From the IMG/VR virus record IMGVR_UViG_3300044733_000695, positions 1-64,000 of that record: a stretch of DNA of 64,000 bases, one strand, 5' to 3'. Source of the DNA: a virus. This document shows positions 40,754 through 49,513 of the stretch, in pieces (position 1 is the first letter of the stretch; each line of letters starts with the position of its first letter). Both the position numbers and the translations under genes were made by a program. Under the pieces are notes generated by a model, which was not told the DNA's origin, searched no databases, and saw nothing but the letters and a program-made list of their open reading frames with translations.

Positions 40754-40939
40754 ATGCGGGCGTTCCTGATCGAGATCACCGCGAAGGTGGTGCTCCGCTC
40801 CGACACTGACCCCGACGAGCTGCCAGCCAACCTCTACAGCCGCCTTTCGGAACACTTCGGCAACGACGACGACATCCTCGATCTTTGCATCGAGGCGATG
40901 CCCCTGCCGCTTGATCTCAGTGGACAAGGCGCACATTGA
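40754..40939 (+). CDS. Small acidic hypothetical protein
   Basis: Homologous and syntenic (before HNH) with 34422..34604. Confidence 0.65.
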   Translation: MRAFLIEITAKVVLRSDTDPDELPANLYSRLSEHFGNDDDILDLCIEAMPLPLDLSGQGAH

Positions 40940-41225
40940 TGAGACGCGGCTGGTCACAAGGCGCCACGCGCGCGATCAGATCCATCTGGCATGGGACTAT
41001 CGCTGCGCCTACTGCGACGATCCGCTTGGGCGATCGCCCACTCTGGACCATGTCATCCCCAAGGTCCATGGCGGCCTGACCGTCCGCGAGAACCTGATCA
41101 GCTGCTGCCTTAGCTGCAACAGCCGCAAGGGCCACAAGGCGTGGCTCGACTGGTATCGCCAGCAAGAGTTCTGGTCAGCATCCCGTGAGTGGGCCATCGC
41201 CATGTGGGTGGCGGGTGAAAACTAG
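40911..41225 (+). CDS. HNH endonuclease (start uncertain)
   Basis: CAYC..TLDHVIPK.HGG...NL..CCLSCNSRKG. Confidence 0.88.
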   Translation: MISVDKAHIDETRLVTRRHARDQIHLAWDYRCAYCDDPLGRSPTLDHVIPKVHGGLTVRENLISCCLSCNSRKGHKAWLDWYRQQEFWSASREWAIAMWVAGEN

Positions 41226-41310
41226 GGCAGGATCTTCTTCAGCAGGCAGATCACCAGCGCGCAGATCACCCAGTACATCACCGCCAGGTAGGCAATCACG
41301 GCAAGACTGC

Positions 41311-41484
41311 TCATCGGGCCAGCAGATGATCAAGGTACAGCTCAGCCTGCCAGAGGTCGCTTGAGTATCGGCACATGCCGTGCGCGCAGCTGCGGTAGTA
41401 CAGCTCTCCGCCGCCAGCAGGTTCCAGCGTTTCGATCCAGCCGCCGTCGCGATCCATGCGGCTCACGCAAACCGGCTCACTCAT
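41311..41484 (-). CDS. Hypothetical protein
   Basis: YYRSCAHGMCRYSSDLWQAELY. Confidence 0.6.
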   Translation of the reverse strand: MSEPVCVSRMDRDGGWIETLEPAGGGELYYRSCAHGMCRYSSDLWQAELYLDHLLAR

Positions 41485-41662
41485 GGCGGCGAATCCAGTC
41501 CTTCAGGCTGATCACATACTGACGCAGGTCTTGGGCCCGCTCGAGGTGCCACCGGTCACCCGTCGCGAAATACAGACCGTTATGCCGGTCGATCGCGTGC
41601 AGCAGATCACGGATCAACGGGCACCACGGCTCACGGGTTGGCGTCAACCATTCGCGCGGCAT
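41477..41662 (-). CDS. Hypothetical protein
   Basis: Homologous to 13722..13985. Confidence 0.7.
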   Translation of the reverse strand: MPREWLTPTREPWCPLIRDLLHAIDRHNGLYFATGDRWHLERAQDLRQYVISLKDWIRRHE

Positions 41663-41665
41663 GGT

Positions 41666-41992
41666 TCACCGATCAGGCGTGAACATGGCGCAGCGTGCCG
41701 CAAATCGACCGCCAGTCTGCCGCGCTTCAGGAAACTGCAGGTTGCAGCGATTCCGCGTCGCTTCCCATTGCACGCAGTCCCAACACATCGGCACCGCCCC
41801 GGCTGGTCGGATGTTGGCGCACGCCATCTGATAGATGGACTGCGCACGCAGCATCGCATCCTGCAGCCGGATGGCGCCGGTGTCGGCTTCGAGCTGATGC
41901 TCAGGCTTGGGCCCTAACACCACACGCGCGTGCCAGGTACGGTCGGCGCGATCGCAGAAGAGAAGCAACCGGCCGCCGTAGAACGTGATCAT
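41666..41992 (-). CDS. Hypothetical Cys-rich protein
   Basis: CWDCVQW...C...FPE...AARC. Confidence 0.6.
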   Translation of the reverse strand: MITFYGGRLLLFCDRADRTWHARVVLGPKPEHQLEADTGAIRLQDAMLRAQSIYQMACANIRPAGAVPMCWDCVQWEATRNRCNLQFPEARQTGGRFAARCAMFTPDR

Positions 41993-42225
41993 TCCGGCTC
42001 GCCGTAGCTGGGCGCGTGATACAACCGCTCAAGCAGCATCGAGGCCGGTTCACCGTCGCCGCTCATGATGGCCCGCGCTACCGGATCCGATTGATCCGCT
42101 GCGACGAACACTTCAAGGGCGTCATGCTCCTTCACCATCACCAAGCTGGTGCGAGGGCTGCGGACCAGCATCGCGACCGCCAGCCGCTCGAGGAAGGTCA
42201 GACCTGGCAGGTGGTGGTCGTTCAT
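41989..42225 (-). CDS. Hypothetical protein
   Basis: Overlapping start/stop coupling with neighbours. Confidence 0.55.
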   Translation of the reverse strand: MNDHHLPGLTFLERLAVAMLVRSPRTSLVMVKEHDALEVFVAADQSDPVARAIMSGDGEPASMLLERLYHAPSYGEPE

Positions 42226-42437
42226 TGGCTCATGGTGCCAAGCAAACGGGTTAGGTACCACTGGGCCTTCATTAAGGATTCCTTGCCTCCTTTGTGCCGT
42301 TCACGCCAGGCGTACTTCATCAAGTTCCCCTTACAAAACCCGCGGAACTCCTCAGCCGTTAGCGCCGCTTGGATCGCGTCGATGCATTCAATCTCGCCCT
42401 GCCGGTAGTGGCCGGGCTGGTTGACGGGATCAGACAT
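42222..42437 (-). CDS. DUF3310 (SaV-like) protein
   Basis: DPVNQPGHY..GEIECIDAI..KGNLMKY.WR. Confidence 0.85.
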   Translation of the reverse strand: MSDPVNQPGHYRQGEIECIDAIQAALTAEEFRGFCKGNLMKYAWRERHKGGKESLMKAQWYLTRLLGTMSQ

Positions 42438-42954
42438 TGAACTGCCTCGAGGCGGTGGCAAGCTGGTCGTTGTTGTAGTGGCCAGTGACGGCATAGCTAA
42501 CTGCTGGCCGCTGACTCATGCGGAAGAACACCATCTGGCCAATCTTCAGACCGGGCCAGATCGGCAGCGATTGCAGCTGGCGCGCGTTCTTCAGCTCAAG
42601 CGTGAGCGTGCTGTCATGCCAGCCAGGATCGGCATATCCAGCGTGCAGGTTCTCATAGCCCTCCCTGGCGCGGCTCGACTTCAGAAAGAACAGGCCGGCC
42701 ACATCTTCGGGCATGTTGAAGGTCTCGACCGTTTGGGCCAGTACAAACTGACCAGGCACCAACTGATAAGGATGCTCTGGCGTGTACCGGCTGATCTCGA
42801 GCGGGATCATCTGGTGGTTCTGGACCGATTCAAGCATGATCAGGTTGCCAAGCCGCAGGTCCAAGCTGGCTGGATTGATCAGGTCTGGGTCATGGCCCTG
42901 CACCATCCCTTGAGTGGCGATCAGGTCTTCGATTTCGGTGTCGGAGAGAATCAT
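42430..42954 (-). CDS. dcd: dCTP deaminase
   Basis: Highly similar to 36061..36615. Confidence 0.92.
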   Translation of the reverse strand: MILSDTEIEDLIATQGMVQGHDPDLINPASLDLRLGNLIMLESVQNHQMIPLEISRYTPEHPYQLVPGQFVLAQTVETFNMPEDVAGLFFLKSSRAREGYENLHAGYADPGWHDSTLTLELKNARQLQSLPIWPGLKIGQMVFFRMSQRPAVSYAVTGHYNNDQLATASRQFNV

Positions 42955-43232
42955 GGTTTGGTGGTAGCGCGTCTGACGCGGCTCATGGCGTCAGACTTGA
43001 ACTGTTGACAGGCATCTTCAAGGTCCTGCGCCAGCACAGCGGCTGAGCGGAGCATGGTGGCCAGCTTCACCGGCTTAAGGTCGCGCTCGGTCGCGTAACG
43101 GATCGCCTGCCGAAAACCTTGGCTGATGTTGCCGCCGCCAAGTTTGCGGGCAGCTTCGATCTCCTCGCGGCTCATGCGGATGTTGACCGTGAAGTTGCGA
43201 CCGCGCTGCGTTGGTATGCGCGGGCTAGGCAT
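42951..43232 (-). CDS. RHH-like hypothetical protein
   Basis: MPSPRIPTQRGRNFTVNIRMSREEIEAARKLG. Confidence 0.7.
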   Translation of the reverse strand: MPSPRIPTQRGRNFTVNIRMSREEIEAARKLGGGNISQGFRQAIRYATERDLKPVKLATMLRSAAVLAQDLEDACQQFKSDAMSRVRRATTKP

Positions 43233-44281
43233 TGCCCCACTTGCCAAGCAAGAACTGCCGGCACACATGGATGCACTGCTGCGCGTGTTTGTCAGCCAGA
43301 TGGCTCTCGGTTTCGCCAATCGCCAGCACACACGCGGCATGGAGTTCGGCGTAATCGGTGTCGCGGAAGTTGGCGCCCAGGTCCATGCTGAACTCCTCCC
43401 ACAGGCCGGTATAGGTGCAGCAGGTGCGGCCACTGGCTTGGTAAAGCGCCTCGAGCATGTCGGCGCGTTGCTGATCGAGTTGAACCCGGTTCATTGGTGT
43501 GGGTGCATGGCTTGGCGGATCGTAAGCAGTTCTTCCCGGCGTGCCGAGATGTGCGGGTGACTGGGCAGCCCAGCCAGCTGGTCGAGCCGTGCATCGATCA
43601 AGGCGCACAGCCGCAGCCGTTCTTCGACCTGGCCGGCGTTGAACATGCCCGAATCGCTGATGAGCGCTTCAAGTTTGGCGCGAATGTGGTCGGTCATCGC
43701 AGGCTCGGGTTCCGCTCTGCAGCGGTCAGTGATGGGTGGTCATCGTCATCGTCTTCCCAGTCGGGCTGAAGCAGCACGCTCAGCACCTGCTGGCCTGGGT
43801 ACAGCTCCATCGCGCTCAGCGCAGCGGTGGCCGCGTTCGGTGCCAGCAGCTCAACCTGATCGATCGCGAGGGTGACGCGGTAGCAGTTCATGCCACCTCC
43901 ACCTCAGAGCCGGGCCAGCGAGCCTGCGCGTATTTGATCGCGTGCCGTTTCGTCTCGGCGCGGGTGATCCATGTCATCGGCTGAGAGCCGGGCTTGAACA
44001 CCAGCAGCCTGAACTCGCGTGTCCGGGCCTTGGGCTTCGGGCGGCTGATGCCGTCGCCGTAGCGGCCCTGCTGCTGGTCATCCCACTGAAGGCAGACGTT
44101 ATCCATCGATGGTGCGGGCGATGTGTTGCGGGTCGATCCATTCCATCTCGTCCCAGAACGGCAACCAGTCAGTGGCTGCTTTGGCCTTGGCATCCGTCAG
44201 GCTGTACGCCCAGATGCATTCGATCACGTTGGCGTCGCGGATAGTGAAGTAAAAGCGGCGCAGCTCAGGGGCGTCAGTCAT
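43225..44281 (-). other. Run of five small coupled early ORFs (43225..43494, 43491..43697, 43694..43891, 43888..44106, 44099..44281)
   Basis: Overlapping start/stop codons on the minus strand. Confidence 0.6.
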
Positions 44282-44421
44282 GGCTTCAACCCCGGATGGC
44301 ACGCAGGGTGTTGGTGGTGGGCCAGCGTGGCCTGATCGCGGCCGGCAGCGATGCCGATGCCGTAGAGCATGAACATCAGCACAAGCAGGCCGACGCGATT
44401 CCAGAAGCGGTTGGTGATCAT
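44278..44421 (-). CDS. 47-aa membrane peptide
   Basis: MITNRFWNRVGLLVLMFMLYGIGIAAGRDQATLAHHQHPACHPGLKP; homolog of 10056..10199. Confidence 0.75.
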   Translation of the reverse strand: MITNRFWNRVGLLVLMFMLYGIGIAAGRDQATLAHHQHPACHPGLKP

Positions 44422-44612
44422 GATGCGAGCGCCCGGCGGACGCGGTAGCGGGTGAGGTTGAGGCGATCTGCGATCTGCTGCTGGGTGAGACCAGCGCGAC
44501 GCAGGATGAGAACACGGCGATCGGTGGAAGCCGTCAGCCAGTCGATCAGAGCGACCAGCACTAGCAGCGGCAGGATCAGCTTCCAGATCACCAGAGCAGT
44601 GGCGGTGAACAT
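44418..44612 (-). CDS. Transmembrane + HTH small protein
   Basis: GLTQQQIADRLNLTRYRVRRALA. Confidence 0.65.
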   Translation of the reverse strand: MFTATALVIWKLILPLLVLVALIDWLTASTDRRVLILRRAGLTQQQIADRLNLTRYRVRRALAS

Positions 44613-44646
44613 GGCGTGGTGGGGTGGGTGAAGAGCCCCGGAGGGC

Positions 44647-44871
44647 TCAGACGACGGCAACCAGGCGGTCCTTGCCCATGCGCTTCTCCCAAGTGGTGCC
44701 GTCGTTGTTGGCGAATTGTGCGATCACCTGAGCCTTTGTCTCCTTGACAAAACCAACGAAGGCGTGGGTGTAACCAAAGTTCCAAATAGTCACGTCGCCG
44801 GCTTGAAGCTGACCGGCGGGTTTGCCTTTGCAGCGGCCGACGGACTGGATCTGAACGGTGGCGGTGGTCAT
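44647..44871 (-). CDS. Hypothetical early protein
   Basis: ORF after a hairpin and C-rich leader. Confidence 0.55.
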   Translation of the reverse strand: MTTATVQIQSVGRCKGKPAGQLQAGDVTIWNFGYTHAFVGFVKETKAQVIAQFANNDGTTWEKRMGKDRLVAVV

Positions 44872-44958
44872 GGTTGGCGGGGTGGGTAGTGGCCTCGTCG
44901 GCCGTGCACACAGTATGGGACACCGCCGGCAGTGCACGCTAGGGGGCTGTAACAGTTC

Positions 44959-45204
44959 TTAATCCGGCGAGTCGGCAAGGCCGCCTGGCGTCACCTCAGC
45001 AGCAAGCTCCACCGGCACCCGCAACACTGGCTTGTTCATGTGATCGTGGCTGTAACCGATGGCGTACCGGCTCACTGGCAGCTCGACCGTGAACCACACA
45101 TGCTTGCACTGGCGGCATTGCCGTTTACGCACCGTCTGGTTCTCATACACGTTGTTGGTGATCACCGCATAGAAGCGGCCGGCACCGCATTGGGGGCATT
45201 TCAT
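44959..45204 (-). CDS. Zn-ribbon protein (NrdR N-terminal-like)
   Basis: MKCPQC...VRKRQCRQCKHVWFTVE. Confidence 0.7.
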   Translation of the reverse strand: MKCPQCGAGRFYAVITNNVYENQTVRKRQCRQCKHVWFTVELPVSRYAIGYSHDHMNKPVLRVPVELAAEVTPGGLADSPD

Positions 45205-45233
45205 GGGCAACATGGGGCAACTGCCCCGATTCG

Positions 45234-45449
45234 ATGGACTTCGGAAAATGGCTGCAAGTCGAGATCGCCCCTGAGAAGCTGTTCAAGCTGGAAGGCGACT
45301 GCCGGATGCTTGAAGCCAATGGCAAAGCCGGGCAGCTTGCCGCCCAGCTCCTTAGGCAGACCTACCGCCAGCAGGAAATGCTCCAGGCGGCGGTCCATGA
45401 GATCGCACGCCTGGAGCTGATGCTGCTGCATCAGAACACGTCAGCCTGA
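45234..45449 (+). CDS. Hypothetical protein
   Basis: Lone plus-strand ORF filling the gap. Confidence 0.5.
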   Translation: MDFGKWLQVEIAPEKLFKLEGDCRMLEANGKAGQLAAQLLRQTYRQQEMLQAAVHEIARLELMLLHQNTSA

Positions 45450-45796
45450 ACCACCACGCCGCCGGTAGCAGCCGCCAGGCTCTCAGCCGCAGCAGGTGCC
45501 GACTCCTCGATCGCCTTTTGCGTCTTGTAGTCGGGCTCGATCGCCATCGATACATAGGCATCGCCGCCGCTGGCAGGTTCCTTCCGCCAGCCGCTGATCC
45601 GCATCGGGATCTGATCGCGTTCGTTCGGCTTTGCATCCATCAAGTACTTAGCCATCGCATACGCCTGATCGGCCGGCACGCTGATTACGCCGTCATACAT
45701 CGGATAGTTCTTGGACGGGTCGAACCGATCCTTCAGCCGCGCGCGCAGCTTTTCCTCGGTGTTTCTGAACAATGCGCCGTTTGCTTTGAAGGTCAT
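45431..45796 (-). CDS. Putative ssDNA-binding protein
   Basis: GALFRN...PMYDG...ISGWRK..YVS; DVF C-terminus; syntenic with ssb of phage A. Confidence 0.6.
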   Translation of the reverse strand: MTFKANGALFRNTEEKLRARLKDRFDPSKNYPMYDGVISVPADQAYAMAKYLMDAKPNERDQIPMRISGWRKEPASGGDAYVSMAIEPDYKTQKAIEESAPAAAESLAAATGGVVVQADVF

Positions 45797-45799
45797 GGG

Positions 45800-45985
45800 T
45801 TAGTCGTGAGTGATGGTGTTGGCCTGTTCGTAACGCTCCACCTCGGCCAATGGGTAGAGCACGCGCCCTTCGATGCGCGCATAGGCTGGCCCAGTTGCCT
45901 GCCGGCGCCACCTAAGCAGCGTCTGCCGGTGAACTTGCCATCGTGCAGCCAACTGCACATCAGTCAAAAAATCAGAAGAGTTCAT
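45800..45985 (-). CDS. Excisionase-like HTH protein
   Basis: LTDVQLAARW...TLLRWR...GPAY..IEGRVLY. Confidence 0.78.
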   Translation of the reverse strand: MNSSDFLTDVQLAARWQVHRQTLLRWRRQATGPAYARIEGRVLYPLAEVERYEQANTITHD

Positions 45986-46640
45986 CAGTCACCACCTCCA
46001 CGGGTTCGGGCTCAGGCTGAGCGATCGCAGCGTTCAACTGATCCAGGCTGGTCTTCGGCAATTCAGGCTTGACCGTCACCGGCTCAATGTCAACTACTTC
46101 CTCCTGCGTCTGGATGCCGACCAACAACTCAGGGATGTAAAGCCGCCCCCAGAAAGCCGCGGCCCTGTACCTGATCATCAGATCCGGCATGGTCTGCCAC
46201 TTGCTGCCTGATTTCGTTGCCCATCCTTCCTTCTTGGCCATCGCCATCGTGACGGTTGGCCCGCGCAAATCTTTGCCACTGGCCAGCTCGGTGGCGACAC
46301 AGGTGCAGGCCAAAGAGTCGCCCTGACCTGTCACCTCATACTGCAGCGGGCTGAAGCGGCCGCAGCCGTTGATCAGGCCGATGATGAACTGGCTGCTCCA
46401 CGATGGGCGCCCATGGATGATGTGCAGGTTCTGCATCACCTGGAAGGGTGACATCCGCATCCGGTTCGCAATCTCAAGCGCAACCAGGCAATTGGCGAAC
46501 CCTTGCTGTCCTTGAAATTGCGGCGGGATCAACGTGCTGCTAGCCAATGCCTTGGCGATCCGTTGAGCGTCCTCGAAGGCTTGAATGCCCGAGAACACCG
46601 AACCTGCTGGCTGGGTGGTGATCGCTGTGGATTCGGTCAT
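45972..46640 (-). CDS. RecT-like ssDNA annealing protein
   Basis: VMQNLHIIHGRPSW, SKWQTMPDLMIRYRAA; next to exonuclease. Confidence 0.8.
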   Translation of the reverse strand: MTESTAITTQPAGSVFSGIQAFEDAQRIAKALASSTLIPPQFQGQQGFANCLVALEIANRMRMSPFQVMQNLHIIHGRPSWSSQFIIGLINGCGRFSPLQYEVTGQGDSLACTCVATELASGKDLRGPTVTMAMAKKEGWATKSGSKWQTMPDLMIRYRAAAFWGRLYIPELLVGIQTQEEVVDIEPVTVKPELPKTSLDQLNAAIAQPEPEPVEVVTDELF

Positions 46641-46642
46641 GA

Positions 46643-47485
46643 TCAGTAGGTTTCGATTTCAGTGGGTGGTTGCATCGTCGATCCATCCGGCCGCGGCAGC
46701 ATCCATGGCGGCAGGCTGATCGGCTCGATCTGGTCGCTGTAACCAGGCCAGACGTTGCCAGCCTTGCAAGTGGCAAGCACATCCAGATCGCGGGCAGCAG
46801 TCTCGGCGCCGATCGTCACCATTACCGGCGACGCGGCATAAACCGCCACGCAATAGGGCGGACGCTTTTCAACGCAGATAAACAAGAACTGATCAGGTCG
46901 GTGGCCGGTTGCGTGCTCGATGCCGTCCAGATACCAGCTGGCTTGGACGTGATACCGATAAGCGCCGATCGACTTGCGAAACCCTTCGGGGCTGGCATCC
47001 TCGGTCGTCTTCAGGTCAACGATCAGGTTGCCGTCATTGGTCAGCCAGTCGGGGCGGCACTTACAGGCCAGACCCGTCGCCTGATCAGTCCACATGTGGG
47101 TGGTCTCCGCCTTGCCCTGCCAATGAAGCAGCGCCGCTGCTGCTGGATGCGACCACACAGCTTCAGCCATGCGGCTGATCTGCGCGCGATCGTCGGCCGC
47201 GATCAGCTCACGACCGCCAGCTTCAGCCTCGAACTCTGCCCAGGCTTCTTTGCCCGCCTTGGTACGGCGATCGACCTGCGGCGCCGTGACGTAGCGGCTT
47301 TCGAATTGATCCTGCTCGAGCACCAGCGTGTGGATCGCGGTGCCGATACGCATCGCTGCGGTCGGCTCTGGCACCTCCCGCTTTGGGTCGAGGTAGCGCG
47401 CCCAGTAATGCAGCGGGCTGCGGGCCACCAGGTCGAGGTGCGACTTGCTGACCGCTGGGTGGGCGTGATAGGTGGCGTTGTCCAT
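46643..47485 (-). CDS. PD-(D/E)xK exonuclease (RecE/ExoVIII-like)
   Basis: YHAHPAVSKSHL, KCRPDW, VDLKTT, YHVQASWY. Confidence 0.9.
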   Translation of the reverse strand: MDNATYHAHPAVSKSHLDLVARSPLHYWARYLDPKREVPEPTAAMRIGTAIHTLVLEQDQFESRYVTAPQVDRRTKAGKEAWAEFEAEAGGRELIAADDRAQISRMAEAVWSHPAAAALLHWQGKAETTHMWTDQATGLACKCRPDWLTNDGNLIVDLKTTEDASPEGFRKSIGAYRYHVQASWYLDGIEHATGHRPDQFLFICVEKRPPYCVAVYAASPVMVTIGAETAARDLDVLATCKAGNVWPGYSDQIEPISLPPWMLPRPDGSTMQPPTEIETY

Positions 47486-47538
47486 GGCGTGACGCAACAA
47501 GCCACATCGTATAGCATCAGCACACACGCTGCAACAGC

Positions 47539-49182
47539 TTGAACCTCCGCCCCTACCAACACCGCGCGATCGATGATCTCCGCAATGCCTACCGCTCAGG
47601 CGCGCGCGCGCCCCTGCTGGTGGCTCCAACTGGGGCAGGCAAGACCGTCATCTTGGCCGCCATCACCGCGAGTGCCACAGCCCGCGGCCGCAAGGTGCTC
47701 ATCCTTGTGCATCGACGTGAGCTGATCCATCAAGCCAGCAGCAAACTCACAGCCGCCGGCGTCGAGCACGGCATTATCGCCGCTGGCGTTCAACGTGCAG
47801 ATGCAACAGTCCAGGTCGCATCCGTGCAAACGCTCGTCCGCCGGCTCGCCACCACCGACTGGGAGCCGTGCCTGATCATCATCGATGAAGCACACCACGC
47901 CGCGGCTGGCTCCTGGTCGCAGATCATCAGCCACTGGCCTGGTGCGTTGCGCCTGGGCGTCACGGCCACACCTTGCCGCCTTGATGGCCGCGGCCTTGGC
48001 GACACCTTCGATGCGCTCATCGAAGGCCCATCGGTCCAGATGCTCACTTCGGCCGGCTACCTGTCACCCGCGCGGATCTTTGCGCCGCCCATCGTGGCCG
48101 ATCTGTCGCAGCTGCGCCGCCGTGCTGGCGATTACGCCATCGACCAAGCTGCAGACGCCATGACCCGGCCAACGGTGACCGGTGACGCCATCCACCACTA
48201 CCGCAAGCTGGGCGGCGCTCAGCAGGCGATCGCGTTCTGCTGCAATGTCAACCACGCCGTCTCAGTTCGGGACTCATTTGAGACGGCAGGGATCAGCTCA
48301 GCTCTGCTGCTGGGCGAGACAGCCGATCGGGATGCGGTGGTTGCCGCGTTTGCGGCTGGCACCATCCGCGTGCTGGTGACGGTCGACGTCGTCTCAGAGG
48401 GATTCGACATCCCCGCCGCCAGCGTCGCCATCCTGCTAAGGCCGACCCAGTCGCTCGGCCTGTACCTGCAGCAGGTTGGTCGCGTGCTCAGGCCCGCACC
48501 AGGCAAGGACGCCGCGTTGATCCTCGATCACGTCGGTAACGTCACCCGGCACGGCTTTCCTGATGACATCCGCCAGTGGTCGCTCGAGCATGGCGCCAAG
48601 CGCGCAGGTGGCAACGAGCAAGCGCCATCAGTGCGGACATGTTCGCAATGCTTCGCGGCATTCAAGCCGGCACCAATCTGTCCATGCTGTGGCTTTAACT
48701 GTGTGCCTGATACCCACGAAATCCGCGTGGTAGACGGGGAATTAGTAGAAGTCGAAAAACCATGGAAACCTCGCCTAGGAGAAGAAGTGATATGTAATCT
48801 TTTTAGACAACGATATTACTTCGCAGGTATAACCTCAACAGGTCAAGCAAGATTGTCGCTAGATCGCCTTTTCGCTGAAAAAGGAGAGTGTTCAATTCTT
48901 GAGGCAAAATCAGTGATAGACAGGCTTGGACATTTTGCAATTGTTAACGCAGACTTAGAAACATTGAAGCAAGTTGAACCAAGCCATGCGTTAAAAGCCG
49001 CTCGCCGCGAACAAGGCAAAGCCCAAACCCTCCAGCAGCTCATCGCCATCGGCCATGCCCGCAACATGCGCAACCCCGTAGCGTGGGCCAAGCATGTGCT
49101 TTATGCCAGGTCGCTGAAGGATGGCCAACGCCGAAACCACCCTGCAGCAGCAGATACGCCTGGCGGTCGGTTCCCGATCTGA
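47539..49182 (+). CDS. Superfamily 2 helicase with AT-rich in-frame insertion
   Basis: PTGAGKT, DEAHH, TATP, QQVGR. Confidence 0.92.
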   Translation: MNLRPYQHRAIDDLRNAYRSGARAPLLVAPTGAGKTVILAAITASATARGRKVLILVHRRELIHQASSKLTAAGVEHGIIAAGVQRADATVQVASVQTLVRRLATTDWEPCLIIIDEAHHAAAGSWSQIISHWPGALRLGVTATPCRLDGRGLGDTFDALIEGPSVQMLTSAGYLSPARIFAPPIVADLSQLRRRAGDYAIDQAADAMTRPTVTGDAIHHYRKLGGAQQAIAFCCNVNHAVSVRDSFETAGISSALLLGETADRDAVVAAFAAGTIRVLVTVDVVSEGFDIPAASVAILLRPTQSLGLYLQQVGRVLRPAPGKDAALILDHVGNVTRHGFPDDIRQWSLEHGAKRAGGNEQAPSVRTCSQCFAAFKPAPICPCCGFNCVPDTHEIRVVDGELVEVEKPWKPRLGEEVICNLFRQRYYFAGITSTGQARLSLDRLFAEKGECSILEAKSVIDRLGHFAIVNADLETLKQVEPSHALKAARREQGKAQTLQQLIAIGHARNMRNPVAWAKHVLYARSLKDGQRRNHPAAADTPGGRFPI

Positions 49183-49486
49183 CCTGCGCCTGTTCCGCAA
49201 TCAGGTGGGCAGCCTGCCTGACCCGCGCACCGGCAGGCTGGTGACGTTCGGCCTTGCCCGTGGTTCTGCTGATCTGATCGGCTGGCGCACGGTGGTGGTG
49301 ACCCCTGAGATGGTCGGCCAGCGCATCGCCGTGTTCACCAGCATCGAGGTCAAGACTCCCACCGGCCGGCTCAGACCAGAGCAGCAGGCCTGGCTGGGCG
49401 TGGTGCGCGGTGCTGGCGGAATCGCCGGGGTGGCCCGCTCTGTTTCAGATGTTGAAGATCTACTCTCCAACCTGCCAACCTGCTAG
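49121..49486 (+). CDS. VRR-NUC domain nuclease
   Basis: GSADLIG...IEVKTPTGRLRPEQ. Confidence 0.85.
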   Translation: MANAETTLQQQIRLAVGSRSDLRLFRNQVGSLPDPRTGRLVTFGLARGSADLIGWRTVVVTPEMVGQRIAVFTSIEVKTPTGRLRPEQQAWLGVVRGAGGIAGVARSVSDVEDLLSNLPTC

Positions 49487-49513
49487 CTAAACTTCGGGAC
49501 CCCACAGGTCAGC

